From Longimicrobiaceae bacterium (lineage in GTDB: Bacteria > Gemmatimonadota > Gemmatimonadetes > Longimicrobiales > Longimicrobiaceae), in contig DASVQR010000021.1 in assembly GCA_036389055.1 (NCBI GenBank), positions 20,750-84,749 on the forward strand: 64,000 bases of DNA, in the 5' to 3' direction. The position numbers and the translations under genes were made by a program. Shown here in pieces: positions 53,585 through 62,723 of the stretch (positions within the stretch are counted from its first letter, which is position 1; the number at the start of each line of letters is the position of its first letter). The notes beneath the pieces were generated by a model that did no database searches, was not told where the DNA came from, and was given only the letters and a program-made list of their open reading frames with translations.

Positions 53585-55051
53585 CTACGGCTCCGCCGCG
53601 GCGGCGGTCTCGGCCGCGGCCATGAGCCCGTCGAGCGCCGCGCGGTCGAGCAGCCGCCCGCCGAGCAGCACCGCGCGGATCCGGGCGGTGCTGCGCACGT
53701 CCGCGAGAGGATCGGCGTCGAGCAGGACCAGGTCCGCAATCTTCCCGGCCTGCACGGTGCCGAAGTCCGCCGTGCGCCCCAGGAACTCGGCGCCGCTCAG
53801 CGTCGCCGCCCGCAGCGCCTCTGCCGGGGTCAGCCCGGCGGCGACCAGCTCGGCCAGCTCGTCGTGCAGGCTGGAGCCCGGGTAGACGAAGCTGTCGCCG
53901 GCGTCCGTCCCGGCGAGCACGCGCACCCCGGCGCGGTGCGCGTCGCCGGTGGCCCGCAGCCCCGCCAGGTAGAAGTCCATCCGCGTCCGCCGCCCCTCCG
54001 CACTCGAATCCGCGGCGTCGGTGCGGTCCATGTCCGCCTCCCACGCGGCCCACTGCGCCCGCGGCACCCAGCGGCGGCGCAGGTCACGGCGCAGGGCCGC
54101 GTCGGCGGCGTGCGCCTCGGTCTTCCGGGTGAGGTGCGTGGGCACGAACCAGGTGCCGTTCCGCACGAACGCGGCGAACACGTCGCCGCAGACCTCCGGG
54201 TCGTAGTCGTCCACCATTCGCCGCCGCAGCGCGGTCCCGGAGAGCCCGGGAGTGCCCGCCCTCCAGTACTCCGCCGCGCCGCCCCAGCAGTGGAAGAGGA
54301 AGACGCGCGCGTGCTCCACGCTGCGCATGCCTGCATCGGAAAGCTCCAGCGCGCTCACGCCCTGCGGCTCGTGCCCCGCCACGAGGATGCCAAGCTTCCG
54401 CGCCTCTTCCACCAGCCCCAGGAACCCTGCGCGGGGGACGCCCCCGAACACCTTGACGAAGTCCACGCCGCGCTCCGCGAAGTGGCGCGCGAGCCGCCGC
54501 CCGTCTTCCGCCGTCGCCGCGCCGTAGAAGCCGGGGAGCGAGTCCGGGAGCCCGGCCGGCCCGTTCACGCCCCAGCTCGACAGCGCGAGCAGCCGCGGGC
54601 CGAGCAGCTCCCCCGCGTCTACCCGCCGCTGGCGGTCCCGCATCTCCGGCAGGCACACGGGCCCCTGCTCGGGCACCAGGCAGTCCGAGCCCATGTCGCG
54701 CACCCCCGTGACCCCGTGCGCCACGAAGAGCGGCATGTCGATGCGCTCCGCGGCGGGAGAGCGCAGGTGCACGTGCATGTCCCAGAGCCCCGGGACCAGG
54801 TACCCGCCGCGGCCGTCCACCACCCGCGTCCCCGCGGCGACCCTCACGCTGTCCGACGGGGCGACCCGCGCGATGCGGTCGCCCGCCACAAGGACCGTCC
54901 GGTCGGGGAGCAGGGCCCCCCGCTCCACGTCCACGACCGTGACGTGGGTGATGGCGAGGTCGGCGGGTCCAGGAGCAGGCGTGGGGAAGCGGCCCCCGGC
55001 CGGAGTGCATCCGGCGAGGAGGAGAAACGGAACGAGGGGCGAGTATCTCAC
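53585..55051 (-). CDS. amidohydrolase family lipoprotein
   Basis: 488-aa ORF with the lipobox LLAGC, ITHVTVVD, LVPGLWDMHVHL (metal-binding HxH) and GTDAGD. Confidence 0.85.
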   Translation of the reverse strand: MRYSPLVPFLLLAGCTPAGGRFPTPAPGPADLAITHVTVVDVERGALLPDRTVLVAGDRIARVAPSDSVRVAAGTRVVDGRGGYLVPGLWDMHVHLRSPAAERIDMPLFVAHGVTGVRDMGSDCLVPEQGPVCLPEMRDRQRRVDAGELLGPRLLALSSWGVNGPAGLPDSLPGFYGAATAEDGRRLARHFAERGVDFVKVFGGVPRAGFLGLVEEARKLGILVAGHEPQGVSALELSDAGMRSVEHARVFLFHCWGGAAEYWRAGTPGLSGTALRRRMVDDYDPEVCGDVFAAFVRNGTWFVPTHLTRKTEAHAADAALRRDLRRRWVPRAQWAAWEADMDRTDAADSSAEGRRTRMDFYLAGLRATGDAHRAGVRVLAGTDAGDSFVYPGSSLHDELAELVAAGLTPAEALRAATLSGAEFLGRTADFGTVQAGKIADLVLLDADPLADVRSTARIRAVLLGGRLLDRAALDGLMAAAETAAAAEP

Positions 55052-55140
55052 GAGCAGCCTGCGGTGGCGGGACGGAAGCGCCGGAGGAACGACAGCGGCA
55101 CGACAGGTCGGACACCTCCCGTGCGCGTTGGGTTGGAAAC

Positions 55141-55178
55141 GGAGGGGGGAGGGCGCCGTCCGGCACCCTCCCCCCTCC
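55141..55178 (-). terminator. terminator hairpin after the GH8 gene (member of the GGGGAGGGCGCC...CCCTCCCC hairpin family)
   Basis: Perfect 13-bp stem: GGAGGGGGGAGGG-cgccgtccggca-CCCTCCCCCCTCC. It starts 17 nt downstream of the minus-strand stop at 55195 and is followed on the minus strand by GTTTCC. Confidence 0.6.
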
Positions 55179-55194
55179 TACGCCTGGACCCGCC

Positions 55195-56970
55195 TCACGA
55201 CGGGATGAGCTCGATCGCGTCGATCTCGAAGCTCCCACGCCCGCCCACCGGCGTGAGCTGGAGCGTGCGGACGTTGCTCAGCGTCAGCCCGTTGTTCGGC
55301 ACCCCCGCCGGCTGCCAGCCGGCGCGCGGGAAGCCGGTGGTGCTCAGGGGGATGCTGGCGAACCTCCAGTCGGTGAAGTCGTCCAGGATGCGGTGCTCGA
55401 ACAGCTCGCCGTCCGCGTCCTCGATCTGCACCCGGATAGTGTTTCCCGAGCCGCTCCCCCGGATCCAGAACTCCATGGCCCGGTAGCCGCTCCAGCTGGC
55501 GGCCACGTCCCGGCCCACGCCGCCCCAGCCGCTGATGGCATAGCCCACCTTCATCCCGTGGCCCACACCCGCGGGGGTGATCCGCTGCCGCGTGACCGTG
55601 TCCGCGGCGCCGCCGTACGGCCACCACTTCTGGGCCAGGTTGTCGCGCTCGAAGTCGTCGACACGCCGGCGCAGCTCGCCGCCCAGCGGATCCTCCATGT
55701 TGCCGCTGGCCAGCAGCATGCTCATCAGGCGCAGTTCCGCGGCGTAGTAGGCGGTGTCCTGCTGGGGCGCGCCCGGCCAGGTGCGCAGCGTTCCCAGCTC
55801 CACCGTGCGGTTCCACATCGCCGTCCGGTAGGTGGCGTTGGTGGAGGTGAGCGCCGCCGCCGTCAGCGGGCCCACGAACGTGGCTTCGTTCTGGTGGCTC
55901 TCGACCACGGTCCCGTTCAGCGCGTACCCGGTCCGGATGTCGCTGGCTCCTCCGACCTGGAAGAACGCGTTCATCCTGTCCAGCCGCCCCTTCGCGCGCG
56001 CGTCGCAGCTCCAGGCCGCGTCCCTGGCCAGCCGCCACGGCGCCCGGATCGCGTTCCAGCTGAAACGGTAGCTGCCGCTGGCGACCGAGTCGCCCGTGAC
56101 CTGAGCCCGGTCGGGGACCAGCCCCGTCATGGAGTTGTCGCTGCCGTTGGCCGCGCTGCGCGCGTCCACGTTGGCGAGGATCTGGTACGACCTGTCGGAG
56201 ACGTTGTGCCAGAACGGATCCCCCAGGTAGAGCGCGAACGCTTTGTAGTAGGAGGGGTCCAGGTAGCCGGGGTGCACCCGGGTGGAGCTGGAGCCCGACC
56301 AGTCGCCCGACTTGAGCACGTAGGTGGCGGGGTCCACCACGTGCTGCTTCATGCTCCCCACCAGCGCCGCGAGGTCGTTCCAGTACCCGCCCCATTTCTT
56401 GTCGGCCACGAGGAGCGCGAAGGCCATGTCCTCGTCCCCGTCGGTCGCCGCGTTGACGTCCAGCGCGTTGCCGTTCTGGTCGACCGCCCACTTCATCAGG
56501 CCACGTGTGTTGTGGTAGGCCTTGGAGTACTTCCACAGGCCGTCGAACGTCGCCTTGTCGCCCATGTACACGGCCAGCAGCATCCCGTAGCCCTGCCCCT
56601 CGGAAAGGGTGGCGTAGGGCGCGGGCTGGGCGCCCGTCCCGATGTCGAACACGAACCCCGGCCCGGTGGTGACGCGGAGCCCGCCCGGCACCTGCACGGC
56701 GCCCTGGGTCCAGACGCGGTGCGAGCGCCACTTCTCGTAATCGGCGCGGATCCGGGTGTTGGCGGCCGCCTGGTCCGGTACCAGGCTGGTGCCGCAGAAG
56801 TACTCGTACGGCGCCGCGCCCGCCGTGGAGACCGCGAAGCGCGGTCCGGCGCCCGCCAGCTCCGGAGCGCCCGCGCCCGGTCCCGTCGGCTCGTCGTCGC
56901 ACGCCGCCAGCCCGACGACCGCAAGGGCCACGGCGAGCACCCTGCCGCGCCCCCCTCTGTTCGTCCTCAT
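55195..56970 (-). CDS. glycoside hydrolase family 8 enzyme with a C-terminal carbohydrate-binding (CBM11/CIA30-like) domain
   Basis: Start at MRTNRGGRGRVLAVALAVVGLAAC (lipobox). It has SEGQGYGML and the GH8 signature ATDGDEDMAFALLVADKKW. The C-terminal roughly 130 aa are beta-sandwich-like (MEFWIRGSGSGNTIRVQIED). Confidence 0.85.
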   Translation of the reverse strand: MRTNRGGRGRVLAVALAVVGLAACDDEPTGPGAGAPELAGAGPRFAVSTAGAAPYEYFCGTSLVPDQAAANTRIRADYEKWRSHRVWTQGAVQVPGGLRVTTGPGFVFDIGTGAQPAPYATLSEGQGYGMLLAVYMGDKATFDGLWKYSKAYHNTRGLMKWAVDQNGNALDVNAATDGDEDMAFALLVADKKWGGYWNDLAALVGSMKQHVVDPATYVLKSGDWSGSSSTRVHPGYLDPSYYKAFALYLGDPFWHNVSDRSYQILANVDARSAANGSDNSMTGLVPDRAQVTGDSVASGSYRFSWNAIRAPWRLARDAAWSCDARAKGRLDRMNAFFQVGGASDIRTGYALNGTVVESHQNEATFVGPLTAAALTSTNATYRTAMWNRTVELGTLRTWPGAPQQDTAYYAAELRLMSMLLASGNMEDPLGGELRRRVDDFERDNLAQKWWPYGGAADTVTRQRITPAGVGHGMKVGYAISGWGGVGRDVAASWSGYRAMEFWIRGSGSGNTIRVQIEDADGELFEHRILDDFTDWRFASIPLSTTGFPRAGWQPAGVPNNGLTLSNVRTLQLTPVGGRGSFEIDAIELIPS

Positions 56971-57124
56971 GCTCCCTCCATGTGTTCGGATTCCCGCCCC
57001 GGCCGGGGGAGGCCGACAAGCAACATGCGTTCCCATGGCGACGAAAAACGACAACGTGGACAGAGGGGCCGGCTCCGGACCGCCGACCGATCGCCACGGA
57101 CTCCGTGGCATGCCGACGCAGAAA

Positions 57125-57152
57125 GGGGAGGGCGCCGTCCGGCACCCTCCCC
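57125..57152 (-). terminator. ettA terminator hairpin
   Basis: GGGGAGGG-cgccgtccggca-CCCTCCCC. It starts 31 nt downstream of the ettA stop on the minus strand and is followed there by TTTC. Confidence 0.6.
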
Positions 57153-57182
57153 CGCTTCGTGCATCCCGACCGCTGCCGACGA

Positions 57183-58865
57183 CTACGCCCGCACCAGCTT
57201 CCGGTACTTGATCCGGTGCGGCTGGTCGGCCTCGGCGCCCAGGCGCTTCTTGCGGTCGGCCTCGTACTCCTGGTAGTTGCCCTCGAAGAAGCGGACCTCG
57301 CTCTCCCCCTCGAACGCCAGGATGTGGGTGCAGATGCGGTCCAGGAACCACCGGTCGTGCGAGATCACCACCGCGCAGCCGGCGAACTCCAGCAGCGCGT
57401 CCTCCAGCGCCCGCAGCGTGTCCACGTCCAGGTCGTTGGAAGGCTCGTCCAGCAGGATCAGGTTGCCGCCCTTCTGGAGCACCTTGGCCATGTGGACGCG
57501 GTTGCGCTCGCCGCCCGACAGGTGCTTCACCAGCTTCTGCTGGTCGCTGCCCTTGAAGCCGAACCACGAGCAGTAGGCCCGGGCGTTCACCTCGCCGCGG
57601 CCCAGTTTGATGACGTCGGCGCCGCCGGAGATCTCCTGGTACACGGTCTTCTCGCCGTCCAGGGTGTCGCGGCTCTGGTCCACGTACGCCAGCTCCACCG
57701 TGGAGCCCACCTTGAGCGCGCCGCCGTCCGGCGTATCCTGGCCGGTGATCATGCGGAACAGCGTGGTCTTGCCCGCGCCGTTGGGGCCCACCACGCCCAC
57801 GATGCCGCCGCGCGGCAGGCGGAAGGTCAGCCCGTCGATCAGCAGCCGGTCGCCGAAGCCCTTGACCAGGCCGTCGGCCACCACCACCTCGTCGCCCAGG
57901 CGCGGCCCGTTGGGGATGACGATCTCGGCGCGGTTCAGCTTCTCGCGCGGGTCCTCGCCCAGCATCTGCTCGTAGGCGCCGATGCGCGCCTTGCTCTTTG
58001 CCTGGCGGGCGCGGGGCGCCATGCGCACCCACTCCAGCTCGCGCTCCAGGGTGCGCTGGCGGGAGGACGCCTGCTTCTCCTCCTTGCGCATCCGCTCCTG
58101 CTTCTGCTCCAGCCAGGAGGTGTAGTTGCCCTTCCAGGGGATCCCCTCGCCGCGGTCCAGCTCCAGGATCCACTGCGCCACGTTGTCCAGGAAGTAGCGG
58201 TCGTGGGTGATGGCGACGATGGTGCCCTTGAACTCGGCCAGGTGGTGCTCCAGCCACGCCACGGACTCGGCGTCCAGGTGGTTGGTGGGCTCGTCCAGCA
58301 GGAGCATGTCGGGCTCCTCCAGCAGCACCCGGCAGAGCGCCACGCGGCGCTTCTCGCCGCCCGACAGCTTCTCCACCGGCGCGTCCGGCGGCGGGAGCCG
58401 CAGCGCGTCCATGGCGATCTCGATCTTGCGGTCCAGGTCCCACAGGTTGCCGGCGTCGATCTGGTCCTGCACGCGCGCCTGCTCGTCGATCAGGGCCGTC
58501 ATCTCGTCGTCCGACATCGGCTCGGCGAACTTCATGTTGATCTCGTCGAAGCGCCTGAGCAGGTCGCGCTGGCTCTTGACCGCCTCCTCGACGTTGCCGC
58601 GCACGTCCAGCGCGGGGTCCAGCTCCGGCTCCTGCGACAGGTAGCCGATGCGGGTCCCCTCGGCGGGCCACGCCTCGCCGTTGAAGTCCTTGTCGACGCC
58701 CGCCATGATGCGCAGCAGCGACGACTTGCCGGAGCCGTTGGGGCCCACGACGCCGATCTTGGCGCCCGGGTAGAACGAGAGCCAGATCCCCTTGAGGATC
58801 TCGCGGTTGGGGGGGACCACCTTGCGGAGGTCCTTCATCACGTAGATGAATTCCGGTCCGGCCAT
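57183..58865 (-). CDS. ettA: energy-dependent translational throttle protein EttA (ABC-F)
   Basis: 560-aa ORF with two ABC cassettes ([46 protein letters not shown]). The N-terminus [16 protein letters not shown] and the overall collinearity are typical of EttA. Confidence 0.95.
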   Translation of the reverse strand: MAGPEFIYVMKDLRKVVPPNREILKGIWLSFYPGAKIGVVGPNGSGKSSLLRIMAGVDKDFNGEAWPAEGTRIGYLSQEPELDPALDVRGNVEEAVKSQRDLLRRFDEINMKFAEPMSDDEMTALIDEQARVQDQIDAGNLWDLDRKIEIAMDALRLPPPDAPVEKLSGGEKRRVALCRVLLEEPDMLLLDEPTNHLDAESVAWLEHHLAEFKGTIVAITHDRYFLDNVAQWILELDRGEGIPWKGNYTSWLEQKQERMRKEEKQASSRQRTLERELEWVRMAPRARQAKSKARIGAYEQMLGEDPREKLNRAEIVIPNGPRLGDEVVVADGLVKGFGDRLLIDGLTFRLPRGGIVGVVGPNGAGKTTLFRMITGQDTPDGGALKVGSTVELAYVDQSRDTLDGEKTVYQEISGGADVIKLGRGEVNARAYCSWFGFKGSDQQKLVKHLSGGERNRVHMAKVLQKGGNLILLDEPSNDLDVDTLRALEDALLEFAGCAVVISHDRWFLDRICTHILAFEGESEVRFFEGNYQEYEADRKKRLGAEADQPHRIKYRKLVRA

Positions 58866-59109
58866 GTCGTTGAGCCTCGCGGGATTGCGCCGGGCGCGGT
58901 CGCCCTGGCGGTTGCGTTTGCACGATCGTCGGCGGCAGCCTGCCGCCCGAGACGCAACAACATATCAGCCCGCGGGTTCCGCCGGGAGGTGCGGGTCGAG
59001 TGACGCGGTCGCCAGCTGACCTACGCCACCCGGGCCGAACTGGCAAGGCGAGCGAGTCCCGCGGGAAGCTATATTCCGGGAACCCTCCTGTCTCCATCTG
59101 GGGAGAGCC

Positions 59110-59325
59110 ATGACCGACCCGTTGAGCCGCATCACGATCAACCCCGCCCAGTGTGGGGGGAGGCCCTGCATCCGGGGCATGCGCATTCGGGTGACGGACG
59201 TACTGGATCTGCTGGCTGCAGGCCGGACCTCCCAGCAGGTACTCGACGAGCTTTCGGACCTCAATCCCGAGGACATCACCGCGGCTCTACAGTTCGCCTC
59301 TCGCCGGGTGGACGGTCCGTCCTGA
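59110..59325 (+). CDS. DUF433 domain-containing protein (antitoxin-like), apparently orphan
   Basis: 71-aa ORF. ITINPAQCGGRPCIRGMRIRVTDVLDLLAAG is the DUF433 core. Confidence 0.8.
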   Translation: MTDPLSRITINPAQCGGRPCIRGMRIRVTDVLDLLAAGRTSQQVLDELSDLNPEDITAALQFASRRVDGPS

Positions 59326-59427
59326 CGAGTCGTTACGCATCCAGGTGCCGCCGGGCTGGCAGTCCGTTTGCGGGCAGCCGCTATACGGATCCGCCCCATC
59401 ATCACCTCTCGCCGCAAGAGCGCACGC

Positions 59428-59625
59428 ATGACACGCATCCGTACCTTCGCGCTGCTCGCCTTCGCCGCCGTCCTGGCCGCCTGCTCGCAGCCCGGGCCGA
59501 CCTCCGTCGCCGCGCCGGACGAAGCGACCTACGCCGAGACGGAGACCTGCCGCGGGGGCTGGATCACCTCCTCGGGGCGCTGGGTGTGCCCGGGCGATCC
59601 GGAGGAAGAGACGGGCGAGCAGTAG
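59428..59625 (+). CDS. hypothetical small lipoprotein (65 aa)
   Basis: Begins MTRIRTFALLAFAAVLAACSQ (lipobox) and has two further Cys. Short, so low confidence. Confidence 0.35.
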   Translation: MTRIRTFALLAFAAVLAACSQPGPTSVAAPDEATYAETETCRGGWITSSGRWVCPGDPEEETGEQ

Positions 59626-59845
59626 CTCCGCCCTCCAGACGAGGCGTCCGCCTGCTGCGGAACCGCACCACCTGTGACCCGCCGGCGACGATGGAACGCC
59701 GCCGCTGCCCGCGAAGATGCTCGCGGCGCAACGGCGGCTATGTCGGTAAACGGGGGCATGGAGAATGCTGCGCCGCGCGGTGCTGTACTCCCTGCCTACC
59801 CGGCCGCGGGTCCTCGCGGTCGCCTCCCTCCCGGAGGAGGTTCGT

Positions 59846-60391
59846 ATGCGTCTGCTCTCCGTTTCCACCGCGCTCCTGCTGTCCGCACTCGTCGCCGGCT
59901 GCGCCCCGGAGATCCCGACCGAGGCGTCGCCGCTGGAGATCCCCGTGGTCTTCAGCCGGAGCGCGTCCACCAACTTCGGCGCGAACCTGTCCGGCGACGA
60001 GGAGGTCCCCCCCAACGACAGCAAGGGCCGCGGGCACGCGCAGTTCTGGCTGAGCAAGGACGGCACCTCGCTCCAGTACAAGCTGATCGTCGCCAACATC
60101 GAGAACGTCACGCAGGCCCACATCCACATCGCTCCCGAGGGCGTGAACGGGCCGGTGGTCACCTTCCTGTTCGGGTTCGTGGCCGGCGGCGTGACCCAGA
60201 ACGGCGTGCTGGCCGAGGGGACGATCACGCAGGCCAACCTGATCGCCCGCCCGGCCATCGGCTTCACCGCGACCATGGCGTCCCTGCTCGCCGCCATGCG
60301 CAGCGGCAACGCCTACGTCAACGTGCACACGGTACAGCTCCCCGCCGGCGAGATCCGCGGCCAGGTCCACGAGCACGGCCCGACGAAGTAG
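59846..60391 (+). CDS. CHRD domain-containing lipoprotein
   Basis: ATG after GGAGGAGG, with the lipobox VAGC. LSGDEEVPP, AHIHIAPEGVNGPVV and NAYVNVHTVQLPAGEIRGQV fit the CHRD pattern. Confidence 0.85.
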   Translation: MRLLSVSTALLLSALVAGCAPEIPTEASPLEIPVVFSRSASTNFGANLSGDEEVPPNDSKGRGHAQFWLSKDGTSLQYKLIVANIENVTQAHIHIAPEGVNGPVVTFLFGFVAGGVTQNGVLAEGTITQANLIARPAIGFTATMASLLAAMRSGNAYVNVHTVQLPAGEIRGQVHEHGPTK

Positions 60392-60424
60392 CCGCCGACG
60401 GGTCGGCACGACGGGCGAGAGAGA

Positions 60425-60452
60425 GGGGGTCCGGCCGCGGCGGCCGGCCCCC
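60425..60452. terminator. bidirectional hairpin between convergent CHRD and thrC genes
   Basis: GGGGGtCCGGCCG-cgg-CGGCCGGCCCCC. Confidence 0.45.
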
Positions 60453-60495
60453 CTCCCGTTCAGGGCCGTTCGTTGGCGAAGGACCGGATTCCCGC

Positions 60496-61785
60496 CTACG
60501 CTCTCGCGGCGGAGGCGGCCTCGGCCTCCGTGCTCACCGGGCGGTTGGCGAACGTCGGGCGGATCCCCTCCAGCTCGCCCCGGTGGTAGCGGACCACCGC
60601 GTCCGGGTCCTTGAGCAGGTGGCCGGTGAGGACGGCGCACACCCGCTCGTCCGGGCGGATGACGCCGGCGGCCGTCAGCCTGCGGATCCCCGCCACCGAG
60701 GCGCACGACGCCGGCTCCGCGCCGATCCCGGCCGCGTCCACGTGCGCCTTGGCGTCCATGATCTCCTGGTCGGTGACCCGCTCCACCGCGCCGCCGGTGG
60801 CCAGGATCCCGCGCAGGCTCTTGCGCCACGACACCGGGCTGCCGATGCGGATCGCCGTCGCCAGGGTCTCGGGGCGCTCCGCGGGCACCAGCTCGGCGCC
60901 CGTGCGCCAGGCGTCGTACAGGGGGCTGGCGCCCTCCGCCTGCACCACGGCGATGCGCGGCAGCCGGCCGATCACGCCCAGGGCGTGCAGCTCCCGCATC
61001 CCCTTCCAGAGCGCGGAGCTGTTCCCCAGGTTGCCGCCGGGGAGGACGATCCAGTCCGGCACCTCCCACTCCAGGTCCTGGAGCAGCTCGAAGCCGATCG
61101 CCTTCTGCCCCTCGATGCGGAACGGGTTCACCGAGTTGAGCAGGTAGATCCCCCGGTCGGCGCAGACGGCCTCCACCCGGCGCATGGCGTCGTCGAAGCT
61201 CCCGGACACCTGCACCACGCGGGCGCCGTAGGCCACCGCCTGCGCCAGCTTGCTGTACGAGATCTTCCCCTCGGGGATGTAGACCAGCGCCTCCATCCCC
61301 GCCGCGGCGGCGTACGCGGCCATGGACGCCGAGGTGTTGCCGGTGGAGGCGCACGCCACCCGCGTCATCCCCAGCCGCCGCGCGATGCTCACCCCCGCCG
61401 TCATCCCCCGGTCCTTGAAGGAGCCGGTGGGGTTCTCCCCCTCGTGCTTGAGCCGCAGCGCGTCCAGCCCGGCGTAGGCGGCCACGCGGGGCGCGTCGTA
61501 CAGCGGCGTGCCGCCCTCCTGCCGCGTGGCGACGAACTCCCGCTCCAGCGGCAGCACCAGTTCGCGGAAGCGCCACACCCCGGAGCGGTCCAGCGGGTCG
61601 CGCGACCCCAGCCGCCGCTCCCACAGCTCGCGCAGCTCCGCGCCGCGCAGGGCGGGCGGCCGGTGCTCCACGTCCAGCGTGCCGCCGCAGACGCAGCGGT
61701 GGCGCGGCTCCAGGCCGGGGAAGTCCGCCCCGCACTCCACGCAGCGCAGCGTCCAGGGCACCTCGCGGCTCGCGGCCCCGCTCAT
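60496..61785 (-). CDS. thrC: threonine synthase
   Basis: Start at MSGAASREVPW. It has the PLP-binding site NPTGSFKDRG and ASTGNTSAS. Confidence 0.95.
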   Translation of the reverse strand: MSGAASREVPWTLRCVECGADFPGLEPRHRCVCGGTLDVEHRPPALRGAELRELWERRLGSRDPLDRSGVWRFRELVLPLEREFVATRQEGGTPLYDAPRVAAYAGLDALRLKHEGENPTGSFKDRGMTAGVSIARRLGMTRVACASTGNTSASMAAYAAAAGMEALVYIPEGKISYSKLAQAVAYGARVVQVSGSFDDAMRRVEAVCADRGIYLLNSVNPFRIEGQKAIGFELLQDLEWEVPDWIVLPGGNLGNSSALWKGMRELHALGVIGRLPRIAVVQAEGASPLYDAWRTGAELVPAERPETLATAIRIGSPVSWRKSLRGILATGGAVERVTDQEIMDAKAHVDAAGIGAEPASCASVAGIRRLTAAGVIRPDERVCAVLTGHLLKDPDAVVRYHRGELEGIRPTFANRPVSTEAEAASAARA

Positions 61786-62723
61786 ACGCGCCTCGCTCCC
61801 GGACAGTCCGCCGGGGAGATCAGGTAGGTGGACTCCAGCCCGCCCGCGTCCCGGAACGCCGCCGTCATCGCCCGGGCGATCGCCTCGGCGCGGCGGGGGG
61901 AGTGGGAGAGCGCGAACACCGAGGGGCCGGAGCCGCTGATGGAGCTCCCCACCGCCCCGGCGGCCATCGCCGCGGCCATCACCGCCTCGCACCCGGGGAT
62001 CAGCCGGGCGCGCACCGGGGTGACCGTCCGGTCGGTCGCGCCCAGCCCGAACAGGGCGGCGTCGCCCGCGTAGCAGGCGGCCACCAGCGTGGCGATGCCG
62101 GCGGTGTTGCGCACCATCTCCCCCAGCGGGACCTCGCGGGGGAGCGCCTCGCGCGCCAGGCGGGTGGAAAGCTCGAACGCCGGAGTGACCACCACCACCA
62201 TCATCCCCTCGGGGACGGGGAGCCGGACCAGCTCCGCCGGGCTCGCCGAGCGGACCAGCACCAGCCCGCCCAGCAGCGCCGGGGCCACGTTGTCGGCGTG
62301 GCGGCCGGCCACCGCGCCCTCGGCCTCCACGCAGGGGCCCACCAGCTCCGCCTTGCGCAGCGGCGAGCCCACCAGGAGGTTGACCGCGAGCGCGGCGGCC
62401 GCGGCGCTCGCGGCCGAGCTCCCCAGCCCGGTCCCCACCGGCATCCCCTTGTGCACCTCCAGCTCCACCCCCACGTCGATCCCCGCCCGGCGCAGCGTGG
62501 CCGCCGCGGCGATCCCGGCGGTGTTCCGGGCGGCCTCGCGGGGAAGCGCGCCGCCGTCGCCCTCGATGCGGGCGATCCTCACCCCCACGCCCGGCACGCG
62601 GCGGGCCACCACCGTGTCGCCCGGGGCGCGCACCGCCAGCCCCAGCACGTCGAAGCCGGAGCCCAGGTTGGACACCGTGGCCGGCGCGAACACCCGGACC
62701 TCCTCCCGGTAGGGTCCCCTCAT
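61782..62723 (-). CDS. thrB: homoserine kinase
   Basis: Start at MRGPYREEVRVFAPATVSNLGSGFD, with the GHMP motif PVGTGLGSSAASAAA. ATGA overlaps occur with both neighbours. Confidence 0.9.
   Translation of the reverse strand: MRGPYREEVRVFAPATVSNLGSGFDVLGLAVRAPGDTVVARRVPGVGVRIARIEGDGGALPREAARNTAGIAAAATLRRAGIDVGVELEVHKGMPVGTGLGSSAASAAAAALAVNLLVGSPLRKAELVGPCVEAEGAVAGRHADNVAPALLGGLVLVRSASPAELVRLPVPEGMMVVVVTPAFELSTRLAREALPREVPLGEMVRNTAGIATLVAACYAGDAALFGLGATDRTVTPVRARLIPGCEAVMAAAMAAGAVGSSISGSGPSVFALSHSPRRAEAIARAMTAAFRDAGGLESTYLISPADCPGARRV

Noticed and set aside
55195-59097. 1300-aa minus-strand ORF apparently fusing the GH8 gene with sequence over ettA.
   Set aside because: Only the last 591 codons (from MRTNRGG at 56970, with a lipobox) look like a protein. 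The upstream part is out of frame with ettA and is low-complexity. ettA itself (57183-58865) is unambiguous.
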